In this document: one piece after another, positions 59,023 to 64,000 of the stretch
Position numbering within the stretch: position 1 is the first letter of the stretch
Layout of the letters: each line of letters begins with the position of its first letter
Assembly (NCBI GenBank): GCA_023512135.1
Contig: JAIMAG010000012.1
Coordinates: 4,735 to 68,734, forward strand
Direction of reading: 5' to 3'
Origin: Terriglobia bacterium
GTDB lineage: Bacteria > Acidobacteriota > Terriglobia > Acidiferrales > UBA7541
DNA: 64,000 bases
Program-made: the position numbers and the translations under genes
The notes under the pieces: generated by a model
Told to the model about the DNA's origin: nothing
What the model saw: only the letters and a program-made list of their open reading frames with translations
Databases searched by the model: none

Positions 59023-60114
59023 ATGGAAAGCGGGCTGGCAATCCTGGTGGCGGGCGTGCTGGTAGTCGTGGTGGCGCTGCTCATTTTCGGGTTAGTGCGG
59101 CAGCGCATCGCGCAGGAAAATGCAGCACTGCGGCAGGAGATGCAGAACCTGCTGAACACCCAGGCACAGATCACCACGCAGGTGACGCAGTTGATGGGCA
59201 CGATCAACGAACAGCTCTCCGGCGTGCAGCGGGCTCTGCAGGAAGGCGTGCAGCATTCCGGGCAACTGGTCGCGCAGGCACAGAACTCGATGCGCGAAGA
59301 GCTGAAGAGCTCGCGGGAAACACTGGCGCAGATTCAGAAACAGCTGGGCGAAGTGCAGCAGGCAGGGCGGCGGCTTTCCGAAGCCTCCGAGACGCTGGAG
59401 CGGGTGCTGGGTGCGGCGCAACGGCGGGGCTCGCTCGGCGAGATTGCGCTCGAACGGCTGCTGGCCGACGCGCTGCCGCAGGCCAGCTACGAAATCCAGT
59501 ACCGGTTTTCGACCGGCGACGTGGTGGACGCCGCCGTGAAATTCCGTGGCAAGCTGCTGGCGATCGATTCCAAGTTCCCGCTGGAAAGCTATCAGCGGCT
59601 GGCCACCGAAGGCGAAGCAGCCCGCCGCGGCTTTGCCCAGGCCGTGCGCACGCACGCCGATTCCATCGCGAAGAAATACATCCTGCGCGATGAAGGCACC
59701 CTGGACGTCGCCTTCATGTTTGTGCCCTCGGAATCGGTCTACTACGAGCTGCTGATGAGCGAAACCCAGGGTGTGACCCTGGACGAATACTGTCGCCGCA
59801 AAGGGGTGATCCCGGTTTCACCGAATACGCTCTACGCCTACCTGAGCGTGATCCTGATGGGGCTGCAGGGGATGCAGATCGAAGAAAATGCCCGACAGTT
59901 GGCCAGCAAGCTGGCCGGACTGGTGAGGCAGTTCGATCAGTTCGCCGAGATCTACGAAAAACTCGGCAAGCACCTGCACAATGCACAGCAGAACTACGAG
60001 GACGGCGACCGACGGCTGACCCGCGCGCGCAGCGCTCTCGAGCAGCTCGCCCAGGGCACGCTCGCCGAAGGCAGCGGAGCAGCACCGGCGCTCGAACCGG
60101 CCCGCGAGGAATAG
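59023..60114 (+). CDS. rmuC: DNA recombination protein RmuC
   Basis: N-terminal TM and coiled coil, then RGSLGEIALERLL, DAAVKF.GKLLAIDSKFPLE and MFVPSESVYYE..........GVIPVSPNTLYAYL. Confidence 0.9.
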   Translation: MESGLAILVAGVLVVVVALLIFGLVRQRIAQENAALRQEMQNLLNTQAQITTQVTQLMGTINEQLSGVQRALQEGVQHSGQLVAQAQNSMREELKSSRETLAQIQKQLGEVQQAGRRLSEASETLERVLGAAQRRGSLGEIALERLLADALPQASYEIQYRFSTGDVVDAAVKFRGKLLAIDSKFPLESYQRLATEGEAARRGFAQAVRTHADSIAKKYILRDEGTLDVAFMFVPSESVYYELLMSETQGVTLDEYCRRKGVIPVSPNTLYAYLSVILMGLQGMQIEENARQLASKLAGLVRQFDQFAEIYEKLGKHLHNAQQNYEDGDRRLTRARSALEQLAQGTLAEGSGAAPALEPAREE

Positions 60115-60133
60115 CACCCGCTCCGGGCAGCAG

Positions 60134-61210
60134 CTACTCTCCCAGCAGAATCTTCCAGGCTACTTCCAGCCGGCGGGCGAACTCCTCTGGCGGCCGCTCG
60201 GCAAGCATCCGTTCGATCTCTTCGCGCAACGGGGAGAGGTTCTGCGGATCTTCGCGGAGCTGCGCGAGCAGCCGGCTGGTGCGCACGGCCCAGGGAGGCG
60301 GGGCGACACGATAGGCATGCAGCAGGGCCTGACGCAGAGCTTCCAGATTGGGCAAGCCGACAGCGGGAGGCACCAGGCGCACGCTCAACGCGAACTCGCC
60401 ACCGCGGCGACCGCTCAATGCAATCCGTGCCCGGTTGTCCTCCCCGCCACTGGTGCGAATCCGCTGGACTTCGCCACCGGCCAGCCCGATGGTTTCTGGC
60501 GTCAGGTTGCGCGCTTCCAACTCGACCGGCTGCGAGGTACCGCGGACACGCACCTCCACCACACCGCGCTCACCGCGTGCCAACTGGGTTTTGCCTGAGG
60601 CAATTTCCAGCGCGACCAGGGTCACGCTGACCGGTGCGCTGCGGCGGCCGCCAACTTCCACGGTCAACTCCACCAGTCCACGGTCGGCACGCGGATTGGG
60701 CAGCACGACCAGAGCGAGTGGCGAGGCTGCCAGCACCAGTGCTGGCTGGCCACCCAAGGTAACGCGATTCGTATCGGCGTCTGCGCTGAAGCCCGAGCCA
60801 ATCACGGTAAAACGGTCACTGAGGGCCAGCAGCGGTGCGACTGCATGGACCACCGGAGCCGGTGCGCTCGGCGGCGGAGCCTCCAGCACCAGTGCCGAAG
60901 CACGCAGCCCGCTGCCCGGAAGTCGCGCGATGAGCACTCCGGACTGGGCAGGGGCAGTGAAGCGGGCCCGGCCGGTCCCATCTGTGGTGACGCGCACTGG
61001 CGGCCCCGAGGGCTCTCCAGAGACCGGAAATTCTACTTCTGCACCGGCCAGCAGCTTCCCTTCCCCGTCCAGAACGGCCAGCGTGGCTGGCTGGCCAACG
61101 GCTAAGCGCGGCGGCAGTAGAATCGCAGCGGCAGAAGACTGCGGCGTTCGCGCTGCGGCAAAGGCACCGGCCGCAGCAAGCAGACAAACGGCGAGCTGCC
61201 GAGCGGTCAC
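60134..61210 (-). CDS. secreted hypothetical protein with IPT/TIG-like domain
   Basis: Signal peptide MTARQLAVCLLAAAGAFAAA. Contains RFTVIGSGFSADADTNRVTLGGQPALVLAASPLALVVLP...VELTVEVGGRRS (IPT/TIG pattern). The GTG start overlaps the S9 peptidase stop (GTGA). Confidence 0.65.
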   Translation of the reverse strand: MTARQLAVCLLAAAGAFAAARTPQSSAAAILLPPRLAVGQPATLAVLDGEGKLLAGAEVEFPVSGEPSGPPVRVTTDGTGRARFTAPAQSGVLIARLPGSGLRASALVLEAPPPSAPAPVVHAVAPLLALSDRFTVIGSGFSADADTNRVTLGGQPALVLAASPLALVVLPNPRADRGLVELTVEVGGRRSAPVSVTLVALEIASGKTQLARGERGVVEVRVRGTSQPVELEARNLTPETIGLAGGEVQRIRTSGGEDNRARIALSGRRGGEFALSVRLVPPAVGLPNLEALRQALLHAYRVAPPPWAVRTSRLLAQLREDPQNLSPLREEIERMLAERPPEEFARRLEVAWKILLGE

Positions 61211-63672
61211 TGCTGCGCAGCGGCGCGGTCGGCCGGCCGCGGCGGATTTTTCACCCAGCGATCGAACCAGTGGATCATCTCCCAGAGAACGTGCTCAACC
61301 GATTCCCGCGCCACGTAGCTGTGCGATTCGTGCGGGAGGCTGACGTAACGCACCATACCCCCGTTGCCCTTGATGGCGTGATACATGCGATCGGATTGAA
61401 TCGGAAACGTGCCGGAATTGTTGTCCGCCTCGCCGTGGATGAGCAGCAGCGGCTCGTTGATTTTGTTCGCGTGCATGAACGGAGAGATGCGGATGTAGGT
61501 CTCGAGCGCCTGCCAGAGCGTGCGGCGCTCGTTCTGGAAGCCGAAAGGAGTCAGGGTACGATTGTAGGCGCCGCTGCGGGCAATGCCGGCGCGGAAAAGG
61601 TCGGTGTGCGCCAGCAGATTGGCGGTCATAAAGGCGCCGTAGCTGTGGCCGCCGACACCGACCCGCTGTGGATCGATCACGCCGAGCTCGGCAGCCTTGT
61701 CAATGGCCGCCTGCGCGCTCATGGCAATCTGCTGCACGTAGGTATTGTTGACGGTTTCCGGATCGCCGACCACGGGCATCGTCGCTCCGTCCAGCACCAC
61801 GTAGCCGGCCAGCAAGAAAAACAGATGCGACGCGCCGCTGAACAGCGTGAAGCGGTTCGGCGACCCGCTGACCTGACCGGCCACGCTCGCATCGGCAAAT
61901 TCGACCGGGTAGGCCCAGACGACGGCGGGGCGACGCTCGCCCGGCTGGTAGTCCGGCGGCAGGTAAAGGGTGAAGGAGAGATCCACGCCATCGGCGCGTT
62001 TGTAGCGGACCAGTTGTTTCTGGATCCGCCGGAGCTGAGGAGCAGGATCGGGGAAGCTGGTCAGTGCCTGCCGGGTATCGCTGCCGGCCGTGCGCAAAAA
62101 ATAGTTCGGAGGCGAGGTAACGGACTCGTGACTGGTGAGCAGGCGGGCCCCGTCGGGGCTGAGCAGGGCGACGACGAACTCATAGCTCTGCGCATCGCTC
62201 TGGAACAGACGCTCGGCCGCCAGCGTGCGAGTGCTGAACCGATCCAGAAAGGGCCGTTCGCCCTCCGGTGTGGCGCCCGAACCGGCGAGGAAGATGAAGT
62301 CCCCGTGCTGCTGGATGGCGCGATGGCCCGAAGGCAGCGTGCGGAGCACGGGGTTGCCCGGATGATTGTAGCGCTCCTGCGAACTCATATCCCAGACCAG
62401 CCGCGGGGGCTGCGACCAGTCGCGCGGGTTGTAGAACCAGGCGCGGGTCCAGAGGCGTTCGCGATCGAATTCACGGACAATCGCCAGATCGCCCCGCTCG
62501 CCCCAAGCGATGCCGCTGTAGCGGTGTTGCAGCTTGAGGATTTCTTTTGGAGCTGCAGAAAACGGCGCCGCGAGCCAGAGCACGCGGTCGCGGTGGGGAA
62601 CCTTTTTCCGAGGATCGCCGTCGTCCAGGGCTTCCACCCAGTAGAGTGCCGCCGGCTCGGTGGGCACCCAGCCGACGTTGCGCGGACCGGTGGGCACGCC
62701 ACCGAGAGGAACATCTTCGCGCAACGGCAGGCTGGCAATGGATTTCACCAGCCGACCGGAGAGGTCCCAGACCTCAATTTCACGGGGAAAGCGAGCCAGC
62801 GGCAGCAGATAGGAGTAAGGCCGATGAACATGTTCCACCAGAATGTGGCGCCCGTCGGGTGAGGGTTCCACACTGTCGAAAATTTTGGGCTGGCCGATCG
62901 GAGTGACCCGGCCGGTAGCCGAATCCACCAGCGCGAGCTGACCCGTGGCGTAGTAGTCGAACAGGTCTTCATCGTGGGCATTGCTGAGCAGGTCCTGGAA
63001 GGTGGGCGCCGGCGCCGGACGGCCAAAATTTTCCTGCACGACTGGGCCTTCGGGAAACGCCGGCGGCTGCGGCGGTGTCCCACGTCCTGCGGGAACAAGC
63101 ACGCAGAGCAGGGTGCGGCTGTCAGGCATCCACTGAAAGCCTGAAGTGGTGACTGCGTTCAGGCGCACACCTTCCAGACGGCGTGCGCGGCCTGTGTTGG
63201 CCTCGGCCACCCAGAGTTCGATGGCGGCGTCTGTGGTGCGCGCAAAAGCCAGGCGCTGACCATCCGGAGACCAGACGGGCTGACCAACGGTCATCCCCGC
63301 GGGAATCTGAATGCGACGCTCGGTGCCATCCGCCACGCGCTTCAGTACCAGATTGGAATACTGCTGGGAGCGATGCGGGCCATTCGTCGCCGGGTTGATG
63401 CGCAAACCGGCCAGACGAAGCATCGGCCGGGCCAGCTCGGCAATGGGCGGGTAACGCTGTGGTTCAAACAGCAGCACCATATCGCGCGACGGGCTAACGC
63501 TGACCTGCGGCGTGGGCCGCGCGTCGAGCACGTCGAGGATTTCCTTCGACGGTCGCTGATAGCCCTGCTGCGCTGCGGCGACTCCTGCCACGAGCAGCAG
63601 CGCCATGCAACACCAAAAGATACGGCAAACCGAATAGCACCTCGACCCCGGAAACGCTGGCATCTGTATCAC
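61207..63672 (-). CDS. S9-family serine peptidase (prolyl oligopeptidase/dipeptidyl-peptidase type) with N-terminal beta-propeller
   Basis: Contains GVGGHSYGAFMT (GxSxG), LLIHGEADNNSG (Asp), ESHSY (His) and long WD/propeller-like N-terminal repeats. Start uncertain (63672, or 63606 at MALLLVAGVAAAQQ). Confidence 0.88.
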   Translation of the reverse strand: MIQMPAFPGSRCYSVCRIFWCCMALLLVAGVAAAQQGYQRPSKEILDVLDARPTPQVSVSPSRDMVLLFEPQRYPPIAELARPMLRLAGLRINPATNGPHRSQQYSNLVLKRVADGTERRIQIPAGMTVGQPVWSPDGQRLAFARTTDAAIELWVAEANTGRARRLEGVRLNAVTTSGFQWMPDSRTLLCVLVPAGRGTPPQPPAFPEGPVVQENFGRPAPAPTFQDLLSNAHDEDLFDYYATGQLALVDSATGRVTPIGQPKIFDSVEPSPDGRHILVEHVHRPYSYLLPLARFPREIEVWDLSGRLVKSIASLPLREDVPLGGVPTGPRNVGWVPTEPAALYWVEALDDGDPRKKVPHRDRVLWLAAPFSAAPKEILKLQHRYSGIAWGERGDLAIVREFDRERLWTRAWFYNPRDWSQPPRLVWDMSSQERYNHPGNPVLRTLPSGHRAIQQHGDFIFLAGSGATPEGERPFLDRFSTRTLAAERLFQSDAQSYEFVVALLSPDGARLLTSHESVTSPPNYFLRTAGSDTRQALTSFPDPAPQLRRIQKQLVRYKRADGVDLSFTLYLPPDYQPGERRPAVVWAYPVEFADASVAGQVSGSPNRFTLFSGASHLFFLLAGYVVLDGATMPVVGDPETVNNTYVQQIAMSAQAAIDKAAELGVIDPQRVGVGGHSYGAFMTANLLAHTDLFRAGIARSGAYNRTLTPFGFQNERRTLWQALETYIRISPFMHANKINEPLLLIHGEADNNSGTFPIQSDRMYHAIKGNGGMVRYVSLPHESHSYVARESVEHVLWEMIHWFDRWVKNPPRPADRAAAQQ

Positions 63673-63939
63673 CCCCGTGGAATTTTTGCCGGAAGGATTT
63701 TACCGAACGATGACCCAGCAGGAAAGCAGCCTCTGTTCAGATGACGATTCCCTGCAGTTTTCTGTTCCGTTTAGAAACCACCCTGATACAAAGCGAAAAA
63801 CTCAGATTGCGGAACTGACCCCATGCAATGCGGACGGGGGGGGGTACTGCGTACCCTTTTGGCACATTTGCTGGACTTGACGATTCACTTTGCCCCAGCA
63901 ATGAACGACACTAGAAAGGCAAGACAGGAGACGGGGTTT

Positions 63940-64000
63940 ATGGGGCAGGATGGGAACCGCCGCGGACCAAAAGTCCTGCTCGTGGACGACCACGAGAAGT
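63940..64000 (+). CDS. response-regulator receiver domain, first 20 codons only (runs off the window)
   Basis: MGQDGNRRGPKVLLVDDHEK. KVLLVDDH is the typical beta1/acidic-pocket start of a receiver domain. Too short for certainty. Confidence 0.45.
   Translation, partial: MGQDGNRRGPKVLLVDDHEK

Noticed and set aside
63860-63872. Sigma-54-like TGGCAC...TTTGC upstream of the response regulator.
   Set aside because: Only 1-3 nt separate TGGCAC from the TTGC-like element, not the 5 nt that the -24/-12 promoter geometry requires.

Overview
A 64-kb, high-GC, gene-dense bacterial chromosome segment. I call about 57 protein genes, one tRNA-Arg(CCT) and a few terminators or operator-like sites. I recognise no rRNA, CRISPR array, transposase, integrase or phage gene. 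Several genes suggest an Acidobacteriota-like Gram-negative organism: a CarboxypepD_reg/Oar-type TonB-dependent receptor, a DUF4382 lipoprotein, many TPR proteins and secreted peptidases, and an lpxI-type lipid A cluster. That assignment is inference only.

Most of the window is housekeeping:
- Fe-S cluster and CoA: iscS-iscR, coaD.
- An overlapping aspC-like/manA/manC/PMM GDP-mannose block.
- lepA.
- thiolase-hbd-crt, followed by ribH-nusB.
- xseA, ndk, sucCD.
- Dispersed trp genes (trpD; aroD::aroE-trpE-trpG).
- A roughly 9-kb minus-strand block: fabZ-lpxA-lpxI-oxidoreductase-tonB-like-miaA-hflX-(gap)-pgsA-AMMECR1.
- Five envelope or secreted peptidases (two M20, one MA-like, one M28, one S9), and rmuC.

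I did not find a clearly novel multi-gene system. The least ordinary parts are:
1. A low-GC islet against the 3' end of tRNA-Arg. It carries an ArsB/NhaD-type permease, an ATGA-coupled orphan 81-aa ORF, a CPA2 antiporter and a 58-aa membrane peptide.
2. An orphan radical-SAM/SPASM-like enzyme behind a 333-nt low-GC leader, next to an MBL-fold hydrolase.
3. Two AT-rich intergenic islands with paired palindromes, a G9 tract and Cys-rich mini-ORFs.
4. A TPR-GAF protein whose GGDEF active site has degenerated while its RxxD I-site is intact.
5. A single-base frameshift splitting the Oar-like receptor.

All family calls come from reading motifs in the translated ORFs. No database search was run.
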